Below, piece after piece: positions 43,487 through 52,523 of a stretch of DNA of 53,947 bases. A program made the position numbers and the translations under genes. This DNA is from an uncultured Bacilli bacterium (lineage in GTDB: Bacteria > Bacillota_I > Bacilli_A > RF39 > UBA660): positions 1 to 53,947 of the forward strand of contig CANRCN010000002.1 in assembly GCA_947629135.1 (NCBI GenBank). Reading direction: 5' to 3'. The notes below the pieces were generated by a model. The model saw only the letters and a list, made by a program, of their open reading frames with translations, was not told the DNA's origin and did no database searches. Numbering within the stretch: the stretch's first letter is position 1; each line of letters starts with the position of its first letter.

Positions 43487-45556
43487 ATGTATACTGATTA
43501 TACAGATGAAGATAATAGCGAATATAATGAGTATTATAATGATGAAAATGGAGGAAATAACGTTGATAAAGAAAAAATAAAGAAAATAGCTTTTTTTGTT
43601 ATTGCCTTTGTTATACTAGTTGTGATAATAATAGTGATTGCTAAAGGATGTTCAAATAAAAAGCAACAATCAAATGTTAATCCTAATTCAAATCAAACCC
43701 CTTCTATTGTATTAAGTAGAGAGAGTTACTCGCTTGAAGAAGAAGAAGAGGTTGAGATTTATGCTGATATTTTAGCATCATCAGTTACAAATCCAATTGT
43801 TGGATGGCAAACAGAAGATAGTACAGTTGCAACCGTTGAAGATACAGGAGATGGAAATGCTGTTATAAAAGGTATTAAAGAAGGAAAAACAGCAATAGTT
43901 GCAGTTTATCGTGAAAATGGTAAAGTATATACAAATAGATGTGAAATAACAGTAACTTCAAAAACAATTGAAGCAACAAATATTGATATAGTTCAATCAA
44001 ATATAACGTTAGCTAAGGGTAAAGATATATTATTACAAATAAAAATAACACCTAGTGATGCTAAGGTTGATGCATTTGAATTTTCAAGTGATAACTCTAA
44101 TATTGCAAGTGTAGACGAAGATGGAAGAGTATATGCACTTAGAGCAGGAACTACAACAATTACTGCTAAAACGACAGATGGAAAATTAAGTGATTCTATG
44201 ACAGTAACAGTTGTAGATAATACTTCAACTCCTACTGTAATTAATCCAACTGGAGTTCAGTTAATGGGATTATCTAATGGATTGAAGGTTGGTGGTACTG
44301 CTGATATTAAATATTCAATTTTACCTACAAATGCAACAAATAAACAATTAACTTGGAAGAGTTCAAATACAGCTATTGCAACAGTTGATTCTAATGGTAA
44401 AGTAAAAGGAATTAAAGCTGGAAAAGTTACAATTACAGCAACTACAACTAATGGAATAACTGGAAGTATTGATGTAACAGTTGAATCAAATACAGTTGCA
44501 GTAACTGGAATTACAGTAAATGGAGATACTGCTTTAACAGTTAAGGTTGGAACAGTTAAACTTATCTCTTATACAATAAGTCCTTCAAATGCTACTAATA
44601 AAAAAGTTAAGTTCTCATCAAATAATTCAAGTGTTGTAACAGTTAACTCAAATGGAATGATAGGAGCATTAAAAGCAGGAACTGCTGTTATAAGTATTAC
44701 AACAGAAGATGGAAATAAAACAGCAAATATAACCGTAACCGTTACGGGAAATGGAACAATTTCAGGCTCTACTACTTCAAATACTGGAGATAGTATCCCA
44801 GATGGTAATGGAGGTTCATCAAGTGATAGTAGTTCATCTGGAACTACAACGGAAGATAGTTCATCATCTTCCAGTGCATCATGTACTGCATCATTGATGA
44901 CCAACATAACGCACAATGGGTCGGGGGCAATAATTTCACAATATAGCTTTGGCCAGGCCAAAGCTTTTCAAAATATGGGAGCAACTAAACCGATTATAAC
45001 TGTTAAAGAAATAGAGGATTGTATTAATAAAAATAAATTAACATATCAAATTTATCATGGAACAACAGAGTCAAATATATCAACTACTTCTTATACAGGA
45101 ACAGTTAGTTTAAAAACTACAGGTACAAAAATTACTTTAAATAAAGGCGATGGTTACTATAAAGTAGTAATCAAAGGTTATTTAAAAGATAATAGTAGTA
45201 AATATCTTACAAAAACTTACTATGCAATAGTAAAAAATAATGATGGTACAGACACTATTAAACCATATATAAATTCATTAAGTGTTTCTAAAACATCATC
45301 TACAAAGTTATTGGTTAATGCATATGTAAATGAAACTGGTTCAGGATTAAAAAATATTAAATATTGTTTAACAGCAACCACATCATGTACACCAAATGTA
45401 ATTCTTTATAGTTGGACATCTAATTATCCAAAAAGTAATAATACTTCAAGATCTTCAACTATAACAAATGCAAGTTTAGGAGCTTATAAAAGAATTTGTG
45501 TTATGGCAACAGATGTTGCTGGTAATGAATCTGCTTCAAAATGTTATGCTTATTAA
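43487..45556 (+). CDS. Membrane-anchored surface protein with about 5 Big_2 (bacterial Ig-like) repeats, a Ser-rich linker and a C-terminal domain
   Basis: The protein has an acidic N-terminal tail and one TM segment. The pattern W.S.[DN]..[IV]A[TS]VD..G.V.[AG][IL][KR]AG..TIT[AV] recurs, and there is an SSSDSSSSGTTTEDSSSSSS linker. Confidence 0.7.
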   Translation: MYTDYTDEDNSEYNEYYNDENGGNNVDKEKIKKIAFFVIAFVILVVIIIVIAKGCSNKKQQSNVNPNSNQTPSIVLSRESYSLEEEEEVEIYADILASSVTNPIVGWQTEDSTVATVEDTGDGNAVIKGIKEGKTAIVAVYRENGKVYTNRCEITVTSKTIEATNIDIVQSNITLAKGKDILLQIKITPSDAKVDAFEFSSDNSNIASVDEDGRVYALRAGTTTITAKTTDGKLSDSMTVTVVDNTSTPTVINPTGVQLMGLSNGLKVGGTADIKYSILPTNATNKQLTWKSSNTAIATVDSNGKVKGIKAGKVTITATTTNGITGSIDVTVESNTVAVTGITVNGDTALTVKVGTVKLISYTISPSNATNKKVKFSSNNSSVVTVNSNGMIGALKAGTAVISITTEDGNKTANITVTVTGNGTISGSTTSNTGDSIPDGNGGSSSDSSSSGTTTEDSSSSSSASCTASLMTNITHNGSGAIISQYSFGQAKAFQNMGATKPIITVKEIEDCINKNKLTYQIYHGTTESNISTTSYTGTVSLKTTGTKITLNKGDGYYKVVIKGYLKDNSSKYLTKTYYAIVKNNDGTDTIKPYINSLSVSKTSSTKLLVNAYVNETGSGLKNIKYCLTATTSCTPNVILYSWTSNYPKSNNTSRSSTITNASLGAYKRICVMATDVAGNESASKCYAY

Positions 45557-45570
45557 AAAATGAATAAATA

Positions 45571-45603
45571 AAACTCATTCTAGAATTTAGAATGAGTTTT
45601 TTA
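45571..45603 (+). terminator. Rho-independent terminator (left edge of the R-M island)
   Basis: ACTCATTCTA GAATT TAGAATGAGT forms a 10-bp stem followed by T5. Confidence 0.65.
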
Positions 45604-45644
45604 TATAACGAAAGTGGATTTTAAGTCTATCTCCTTTTTGAAAA

Positions 45645-46421
45645 TTACTTTTGTTCTTTTGATTTATCGCTTCTATCAATTAAAGCATATATTGTTGGAG
45701 CAAGTTTTTCTCTTTTATAATTAATCATTTCAGCAATTTTTTCTGGTGGATAATTCATTTTTAAAGCTTCATATATATTTTGACAACAATTTTCAGTATA
45801 ACTTATTTGACCATTTTCATAATCAAATCCACAGGAAATTTTATCATTATAAGGTATACCTAATAAGTGAGGAGAATTAAATTTAATATTTGGATTATCT
45901 GTTATAACATTTTGAATAAGACGTATATAAGATCCAAAATTTTTTTGATTGCAATAAACAACGATATTATCACGTCTATTTACAGATGAATTGTTATTAA
46001 CTTTAAAACAAAAGTCTTCTAAATTTGAATTTAAACAAGCAAGAATAAATTTATTTGCAAATAAATGAAGATTACTATTATCAACACTTAAATATATTTT
46101 AATATTACTTTCTTTATCATTTGCTTTTAGAGATGTTATTTGAATCCAGTGCTTAAAATAATTAGTAAAGGTACTTTTAAATTTAGCTAGTTTACTAGAA
46201 TTGGCTTTTCTAAGGTTATCACAAAGTGTTGTTAATTCAGAAGCACTTATATCAGTTCGATTTCTATTTAAAAGGGCAAAGCTCATTATAAATTTATCAT
46301 ATTCACTTTCATCAAACTCACTTTTTTGATCTTTTATAATAGTCAAATCGTCATATAATTCATCAATGTTTAAATTTTTAATATTTTTTAGGATATTTAA
46401 AAGTTCTTGTTCATTATTCAT
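45645..46421 (-). CDS. Hypothetical protein, possibly HopA1 / phospho-lyase-like family
   Basis: This is a clean 258-aa ORF. The patch IKIYLSVDNSNLHLFANKFILACLNSNLEDFCFKVNNNSSVNRRDNIVVYC resembles the [KR].Y.N ... F.FK ... R.D..V.Y core I recall for that family. The assignment is weak and from memory only. Confidence 0.5.
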   Translation of the reverse strand: MNNEQELLNILKNIKNLNIDELYDDLTIIKDQKSEFDESEYDKFIMSFALLNRNRTDISASELTTLCDNLRKANSSKLAKFKSTFTNYFKHWIQITSLKANDKESNIKIYLSVDNSNLHLFANKFILACLNSNLEDFCFKVNNNSSVNRRDNIVVYCNQKNFGSYIRLIQNVITDNPNIKFNSPHLLGIPYNDKISCGFDYENGQISYTENCCQNIYEALKMNYPPEKIAEMINYKREKLAPTIYALIDRSDKSKEQK

Positions 46422-46551
46422 ATTTTAGTCACCTAATATATATTTTAGCAAATAAAAAATTTAAAGTCTAGTTTTAAATTGATTTTTAAAAATTTATATT
46501 AAACTTTTAATATTGTATGTTATAATTTATATGAAAGGATGACATCATATA

Positions 46552-47523
46552 ATGAAACTAAAAGGAATGAAATTTATAGATTTGTTTGCTGGTATAGGTG
46601 GATTTAGATATACACTTGAATCTTTTGGTTGTAAGTGTGTTTTTTCATCTGAATTAGATAAATATTGTCAGCAAAGCTATAAATTAAATTTTGGAGAAAT
46701 TCCATCTGGTGATATAACTAAAATTGATGAACATAAAATTCCAAACTTTGATATATTATGTGCTGGTTTTCCATGTCAGCCTTTCAGCATTTCTGGTAAG
46801 CAAAAAGGATTTGAAGATACTAGAGGAACCTTATTTTTTGATATTGTAAGAATAGTTAGTTATCATAAACCCAAAATTATATTTTTAGAAAATGTAAAAA
46901 ACTTAAAATCTCATAATAGGGGAGAAACTTTTAAAATTATTTCTAAGACACTTAATAGTTTAAACTATAATATTTATTCTAAGATACTTAATGCAAAAGA
47001 TTTTAAACTTCCTCAAAATAGAGAGAGAATAACTATTATATGTATAAGAAAAGATATAGATAATGGTAAGTATAAATTCCCTATACCATTTAAAGATTTT
47101 GTAACTATAAGTGATATAAAAGAAGATGACTTTTTTACTGAAAAGTATATATTAAATAGAAATGATATACACATTGATGAAGAAAAATTAAAAGAAGCAA
47201 TAAAAAATGGTAAGGTTCAAAAACCAATTCAAATTGGAATTATAGGTAATGGTGGTCAAGGAAATAGAATTTATCATGAAAATGGAATAGGAATAACTTT
47301 ATCTGCTTCAAGTGGTGGTGCTGCTTCTAAAACGGGAGCTTATTATATAAATGGAAAAGTTAGAAAATTAAGTCCTAGAGAAGCAGCAAGACTGCAAGGA
47401 TTTCCTGAAAATTTTAAAATAATAGAAAATGAGAATCAAGCTTTAAAACAATTTGGCAATAGTGTTCCAATTAATTTATTAAAAGAAGTATTTCGGGGTT
47501 TAGAAGATATTATGGAGGATTAA
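46552..47523 (+). CDS. DNA (cytosine-5)-methyltransferase, M.HhaI-like (probable GCGC specificity)
   Basis: The motifs are FIDLFAGIGGFR (I), GFPCQPFSISGKQKGFEDTRGTLFFD (IV), ENVKNL (VI), QNRERI (VIII) and QFGNSVPIN (X). The target-recognition region GNGGQGNRIYHENGIGITLSASSGGAASKTGAYYINGKVRKLSPRE closely parallels M.HhaI as I remember it. Confidence 0.9.
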   Translation: MKLKGMKFIDLFAGIGGFRYTLESFGCKCVFSSELDKYCQQSYKLNFGEIPSGDITKIDEHKIPNFDILCAGFPCQPFSISGKQKGFEDTRGTLFFDIVRIVSYHKPKIIFLENVKNLKSHNRGETFKIISKTLNSLNYNIYSKILNAKDFKLPQNRERITIICIRKDIDNGKYKFPIPFKDFVTISDIKEDDFFTEKYILNRNDIHIDEEKLKEAIKNGKVQKPIQIGIIGNGGQGNRIYHENGIGITLSASSGGAASKTGAYYINGKVRKLSPREAARLQGFPENFKIIENENQALKQFGNSVPINLLKEVFRGLEDIMED

Positions 47524-47524
47524 A

Positions 47525-48358
47525 ATGACTGAATGGGAAAAATTTGAGAATCAAATAGCAAAGTATATCCAAGATATGTTAAGTAATTATGATGTTTTAG
47601 TAAAAAAGCTTGGAAGTGCTGATAGTACACTTCCAGATATTGAAATAACTATTAATTCTAATGGAAATAAAATTTATTTAGAAGTAAAAATGCCAACAGC
47701 TCAAACATCACAATTTGTTGTAACTATTCAAGATAATAAATTTGTATATGGAAAAAATAATGAATTTCCATCAAATAAATATTCTGATGAAATTATTGAT
47801 ATATTAAATAAAAATTTTGAATTATATGGTGAAGTTAAACAAAAAGGTTTAAATGTTCCTGTACCAGATTTAATAGCAAATAATTGGATAGTTTCAAATA
47901 TGGAAAATAAAAATGTTAAGTTTGTTGCCTCTGCTGATTACGAAGGAAATAAAAAAGTATTTCCAATCAATGAATTTAATAATTTTTTTGATATTAAAAC
48001 TATTTTAAGGAGAAAGAAAAGTGGAAGTAGGGAGGTTCCAAAAAAGGATTATAATGATTTTAAGGAACATATAGCTTTAAAATTTTCTGATTATGAATAT
48101 ACTTTTGAAGTTCAAGATAAAAAATTATATATTAATTTACCATTAGATTTAAAAAGAAGTGACTGTTATATTGAAAGTGAACTTTTCTCTGATGGAAAAA
48201 GTTATTTTTTATCGAATAAAGGAAATGGTAAATATGAAGCTAGATTAACTTCATCTATTAATAATATAAATATAATATTTGAAATAAATTTAAAATATAA
48301 TAATAATCTTGATAAGTTTACAATTCAATGTTTAATAGATTACATTAATAATATGTAA
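47525..48358 (+). CDS. Putative type II restriction endonuclease (PD-ExK), partner of the HhaI-like MTase
   Basis: The start lies 1 nt after the MTase stop and has a GGAGG RBS. LPDIEITINSNGNKIYLEVKMP gives a PD...(15)...E-V-K nuclease motif. Confidence 0.55.
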   Translation: MTEWEKFENQIAKYIQDMLSNYDVLVKKLGSADSTLPDIEITINSNGNKIYLEVKMPTAQTSQFVVTIQDNKFVYGKNNEFPSNKYSDEIIDILNKNFELYGEVKQKGLNVPVPDLIANNWIVSNMENKNVKFVASADYEGNKKVFPINEFNNFFDIKTILRRKKSGSREVPKKDYNDFKEHIALKFSDYEYTFEVQDKKLYINLPLDLKRSDCYIESELFSDGKSYFLSNKGNGKYEARLTSSINNINIIFEINLKYNNNLDKFTIQCLIDYINNM

Positions 48359-48444
48359 ATAATAAGAAGTGTAATATGAAATACTTAATTGAGGTATGAT
48401 GAATTTGACAAAATGTTGATTTTATGGTACTATCTAGTTAATAA

Positions 48445-48640
48445 ATCTTTGATGAGGACATAACTTTTATTTATATCTTATAGAGAGTTATCGGTTGGTG
48501 AAAGATAATAGAATTAGTTAAAAGTTCCTACCTTTGAGTGAAATGCAAACATTTTCGGTTAATAGCCGTTATCAAAATAAAGTTAAATAAAGGATGGTAC
48601 CGTCTATAATAGACTCCTATGGTATTATTCTTTTTTTTAT
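48445..48640 (+). promoter_or_regulatory. T-box leader (tRNA-Pro responsive, specifier CCU) with terminator/antiterminator
   Basis: The GA/K-turn elements are at 48450-48457 and 48535-48540. AGAGA is at 48482-48486, the distal GGTTGGTGAAAG at 48493-48504, and CCT+A at 48527-48530. Stem III is at 48556-48568. In the T-box, GGA-TGGTACC-GTCTA/TAGAC-TCC spans 48592-48617, and a T8 run lies at 48631-48638. Confidence 0.8.
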
Positions 48641-48668
48641 TAATAACAATTAAAGAAAGGATGTATAT

Positions 48669-49937
48669 ATGAGATTAAGTAAATTAAATATTAAAAAGAT
48701 AAATTTAAATGATATTGATACTAGTTTTTCTGCTCAAGATATATTAATGAAACTTGGAGAATTATATCAATTTGAAAGTGGTATTTATGGTTATGGAAAC
48801 ATATGGAATAAATTACAAAGAAATATTGAAAATATAATCATTGAGGAATTAGATAAAGCTGATTGTATTCAAATTGATTTTCCCAAATTACAACCAAGAA
48901 AGATATGGGATCAATCTGATAGATGGAATCTTTATACAAAAGAGTCTGATGTAATGTTTACATTAAATAATAATTTAGGAGAGTATGGCCTTGCACCTAC
49001 TGCAGAAGAGTGTGCAACTATATTTGGGGCTAATAGACTCTCTTCTTATAAATCTCTACCTGCTACTTATTATCAAATTGGAGAAAAATTTAGAAAGGAA
49101 ATTAGAACCAGAGGATATCTATTTAGACCTAGAACTTTTATCATGATGGATGCTTATTCATTTGACATTTCAGAAGAAGAAATGCATAAAACGTTCAATA
49201 AAATGCATGATGTATATATAAATATATTTAATAGAATTGGTATAAACATTATTCCAGTTATTAGTGATGGTGGTACAATGGGAGGTAGAGTATCCGAAGA
49301 ATTTCAAACAATTACTAATTTAGGAGAAGATATAATACTTTATGATGAAAAAAATAATATTGGATTAAATAAAGAAGTTTTAAATTTTGATGATAAAGAG
49401 ACATTTATCAAAGCTTTTGGAGTATCAAATATTAGCGATTTAAAAGAATATCATTCTTTAGAATTAGGAAATAATTTTGAACTTGGTACCAAATATTCTA
49501 ATTCAATGAAACTTTATTTTGTTGATGAAAAAGGAGAAAATAAACCATATTATATGGGATGTTATGGAATTGGATTAGGAAGAATAATTGCATGTATTTT
49601 AGAAAATAATGTTATAAGAGATGGAACGTCTATTAAAGGTTTTTCTATTCCATATAATATTGCTCCATATAAAATTCAAATTATATATAGTGAAAATAAT
49701 CAAGAAGAGGCTGAAAAATTATACTCTTACTTATTAGAAAATAATATACCTGCAATTCTTGATGATCGTGATAAATTAACTATTGGTAATAGGATAAAAG
49801 ATGTTTATGTGTTAGGGACTCCAAAAATGATAATATTAGGAAATAAATTTGATGGTATTAATTATGAAATAGAAGATACTAAAACAAATGAAAAAATTTC
49901 GGTTAAATTAAATGAAATTTTATCTAAATTAAAATAA
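48669..49937 (+). CDS. proS: Prolyl-tRNA synthetase, bacterial-type catalytic core and anticodon-binding domain but no INS editing domain (422 aa)
   Basis: Motif 2 is YQIGEKFRKEIRTRGYLFRPRTFIMMDAYSF and motif 3 is GCYGIGLGRIIACILE. The N-terminus is collinear with E. coli ProRS, and only about 130 aa separate motifs 2 and 3. Confidence 0.85.
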   Translation: MRLSKLNIKKINLNDIDTSFSAQDILMKLGELYQFESGIYGYGNIWNKLQRNIENIIIEELDKADCIQIDFPKLQPRKIWDQSDRWNLYTKESDVMFTLNNNLGEYGLAPTAEECATIFGANRLSSYKSLPATYYQIGEKFRKEIRTRGYLFRPRTFIMMDAYSFDISEEEMHKTFNKMHDVYINIFNRIGINIIPVISDGGTMGGRVSEEFQTITNLGEDIILYDEKNNIGLNKEVLNFDDKETFIKAFGVSNISDLKEYHSLELGNNFELGTKYSNSMKLYFVDEKGENKPYYMGCYGIGLGRIIACILENNVIRDGTSIKGFSIPYNIAPYKIQIIYSENNQEEAEKLYSYLLENNIPAILDDRDKLTIGNRIKDVYVLGTPKMIILGNKFDGINYEIEDTKTNEKISVKLNEILSKLK

Positions 49938-50206
49938 TAGTTATTTTATTTTCTCCAAGTTCTAACTTTGCTTCAATAAGCAATATTATTTTCAGCAATT
50001 ATTTTTTTACTTAACTCTTCAGTAATTATAAAAAATCTTCAATTTAATTCCTTCTGCAACTAATTAGCCATGGTTATCTTTAATGTTAATACTTTCAATT
50101 TATTCACTATTTATATTTTTTCATAATTTTTATAAATTATCTGAAATCACTTAGGTATAACTTGAAAATATGGTATAATTATTTATGAGGTAATGGTGAT
50201 ATACAT

Positions 50207-51307
50207 ATGAGTAAAATATACAAGACGATAGATTTATTTTCAGGTTTGGGTGGAATAAGAAAAGGTTATGAAATGACAGGTAGATTTAAAAATGTGTTAT
50301 CTGCTGATATTGATAAGTATGCATGTCTTGCTTATAAACATCTTTATGGTGAAGATTCATATAATGACGTTACCTCAGAAGAATTCAAAGAAAAAGTTGA
50401 AAAAACAAATTATGATATTTTACTAGGCGGTTTTCCATGTCAAGCATTTTCCATTGCTGGTCTTCAAAAAGGTTTTGCCGATGAAACTAGGGGAACTTTA
50501 TTCTTTGATATTGCAGATATAATTAGAAGAACACATCCTAAAGCATTTATGCTTGAAAATGTAGAAGGATTATTAAAACATGATAAAGGTAATACTTTTA
50601 AGGTTATAACAAAGGTTTTAGATGAACTAGATTATAAAATCGTAGGTGTTGATTTTTGTGGAGATGATCCTGTTTATAATTCAAAAGATTTAGTTAGAAC
50701 TACAAAAGACTTTGGAATTCCTCAAAAGAGATCAAGAATATTTATAATGGGTTTTAGGAGAGATATTATTCCAAATAATTATAGTTTTCCTAAACTACCA
50801 GATCATTCTGATAATATAATTTATAATAATTTATATGATTTACTTGATGATGATGTTGATCCAAAATATTACTTATCAGAAAAATTATTAACTACATTGA
50901 AAAATCATAAAAATAATCATTCTGCGGTGAAATCTGGTTTCGGTTATATAGTAGTTAATGAAGGAAAAAATCCTATTTCAAATACAATTATGGCAACTGG
51001 TGGTTCTGGAAAAGAAAGAAATTTAATAAGACAACATCATAAGGAATATGATAATTTAATGGTTGGTAAAAAGAATCCAATTAATGTGGAAGGAATAAGA
51101 AATATGACTCCTCGTGAATGGGGAAAATTACAAGGATTTATTAATTATGCTTTTATTGAAAATGGAGTTGACACTTTTTCTTTTCCAGACGGAATAAGTG
51201 ATACACAACAATATAAATTATTTGGTAATTCAGTATCTATTCCAGTAATATATGAAATGGCAAAATATATGATAGAGAGGTTGGATGAATTTTATGGCAA
51301 TGAATAA
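50207..51307 (+). CDS. DNA (cytosine-5)-methyltransferase, M.HpaII-like (probable CCGG specificity)
   Basis: The motifs are IDLFSGLGGI, GFPCQAFSIAGLQKGFADETRGTLFFD, ENVEGL, QKRSRI and LFGNSVSIP. The variable region KYYLS...LKNHKNNH...GFGY...GGSGKERNL...EGIRNMTPREWGKLQGF resembles M.HpaII as I remember it. Confidence 0.9.
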   Translation: MSKIYKTIDLFSGLGGIRKGYEMTGRFKNVLSADIDKYACLAYKHLYGEDSYNDVTSEEFKEKVEKTNYDILLGGFPCQAFSIAGLQKGFADETRGTLFFDIADIIRRTHPKAFMLENVEGLLKHDKGNTFKVITKVLDELDYKIVGVDFCGDDPVYNSKDLVRTTKDFGIPQKRSRIFIMGFRRDIIPNNYSFPKLPDHSDNIIYNNLYDLLDDDVDPKYYLSEKLLTTLKNHKNNHSAVKSGFGYIVVNEGKNPISNTIMATGGSGKERNLIRQHHKEYDNLMVGKKNPINVEGIRNMTPREWGKLQGFINYAFIENGVDTFSFPDGISDTQQYKLFGNSVSIPVIYEMAKYMIERLDEFYGNE

Positions 51308-52358
51308 AGGTGAATGGTCAGAATTATATGCAATTTTGCATATGCTATCTGAACCAGATTTAACGATTGTAGATAATAATTTAGAAGAAATAACTGATAA
51401 ATTATATAGTATTAAAAATGTATCAGTTAAAGAACAAAAAAATACTATTAAATATGTTTTAGAAAATAATATGGATGTACAAGTATATTTTAATAATGAT
51501 ATTAAACAATTAATTTCAAAAGAAGAAATATCTTTGAATAAAAAATTAATATTTGATGGAATTATTAATTCCACAAAAGGAAAGGGTGCTTTTGAAATAT
51601 CAGGATCTAATGCTATATTATCAAAAATGACTCCAGATGGATTATTAAAAGCTTCTTCTTATTCAAAAGCAGATTTACAGGCAATGGTTTTGGACAATAG
51701 ACTTGGAGAAGAAAAAGAATTAAAGTATAGTATTAAATCAAGTTTAGGTAGACCTGCAACTATTTTAAATGCTAGCACCCAAACAAATTTTATTTATGAG
51801 GTTAAAGGTATATCTATAGACGATATAGATAAAATTAATTCAATAAAAACGAAAACTAAATTACTTGATAGAATAAAAATGATTAAAAAATTAAATGGAG
51901 ATATTAAGTTTGTAAAGGTTCAAAATGCTAATTTTGAATATAACCTTAAATTAATTGATAGTAATATGCCAACTTATCTTGGAGATGCTTTACTTAATTC
52001 ATATGAAAAAGATACTAAAAATTTAAAGTCATTGTTTTTAATGTCTTCTAAATTTAATGATGAAACGTTTGCATTAAAAAAACTAGGAGATTTTTTAGAA
52101 GGTATTAGTTTTGGATTTTTCCCTAGTAAAAAATGGAATGGTATAAATGATGTAAATGGAGGATTTATAGTAGTAAAGCAAAATGGTTCTGTTGTTATAC
52201 TTGATTTAGTTTATTATAGAAATGAGGTTAGAAAGTATTTAATTGATAGAACAAAATTTGAGTCACCAAGTACTCCACGATATAAAATGTTAGAGTTATT
52301 TGAAAAGGATGGAAAAATATATTTTACTTTAAATCTACAAATAAGATATTATGAATAA
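51285..52358 (+). CDS. HpaII-family type II restriction endonuclease
   Basis: The gene overlaps the MTase 3' end by 23 nt. The N-terminal NKGEWSELYAILHML matches the KGEWSE.Y signature I recall for RE_HpaII, and the 357-aa size is close to R.HpaII. Confidence 0.65.
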   Translation: MNFMAMNKGEWSELYAILHMLSEPDLTIVDNNLEEITDKLYSIKNVSVKEQKNTIKYVLENNMDVQVYFNNDIKQLISKEEISLNKKLIFDGIINSTKGKGAFEISGSNAILSKMTPDGLLKASSYSKADLQAMVLDNRLGEEKELKYSIKSSLGRPATILNASTQTNFIYEVKGISIDDIDKINSIKTKTKLLDRIKMIKKLNGDIKFVKVQNANFEYNLKLIDSNMPTYLGDALLNSYEKDTKNLKSLFLMSSKFNDETFALKKLGDFLEGISFGFFPSKKWNGINDVNGGFIVVKQNGSVVILDLVYYRNEVRKYLIDRTKFESPSTPRYKMLELFEKDGKIYFTLNLQIRYYE

Positions 52359-52363
52359 AATAG

Positions 52364-52395
52364 AGGTGATTAAGTTCATAATCATCTTTTTATTT
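52364..52395 (+). terminator. Rho-independent terminator
   Basis: AGGTGATTA ... TAATCATCT forms a 9-bp stem (one G-T pair) followed by TTTTATTT. Confidence 0.55.
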
Positions 52396-52523
52396 GACTA
52401 AATTATTTAAATGTTTTTATATGAATGTCATTAAATGATTTTAAAAAAGTATTAAGAAATTCTTATTAATTTATTTGAAACTAGAATAAGATATGGTAAA
52501 ATGTATCTTAAAGGTGATATATA

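Noticed and set aside
44569-44961. 130-aa antisense ORF inside the Big_2 surface-protein gene
   Set aside because: It lies opposite the Ser/Thr-rich linker and has no RBS or recognisable motif. It is a typical frame shadow.
48407-48436. Precise promoter of the T-box leader (TTGACA at 48407-48412)
   Set aside because: The nearest -10 candidates give 15-nt (TACTAT) or 18-nt (TATCTA) spacers, so I cannot fix the -10 confidently. A promoter probably lies here, but I have not listed it as a feature.
49938-50206. Possible decayed small gene on the minus strand between proS and the HpaII-like MTase. Pieces read ..ITEELSKKIIAENNIAY* and, shifted by one frame, ..LIEAKLELGENKIT, vaguely like an antitoxin or HTH protein.
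   Set aside because: Several stops and frameshifts would be needed and no diagnostic motif is present, so a pseudogene call cannot be supported without a database hit.
51230-51574. 114-aa minus-strand ORF across the MTase/HpaII-nuclease junction
   Set aside because: It overlaps two well-supported plus-strand genes, its composition is hydrophobic and low-complexity, and it has no RBS.
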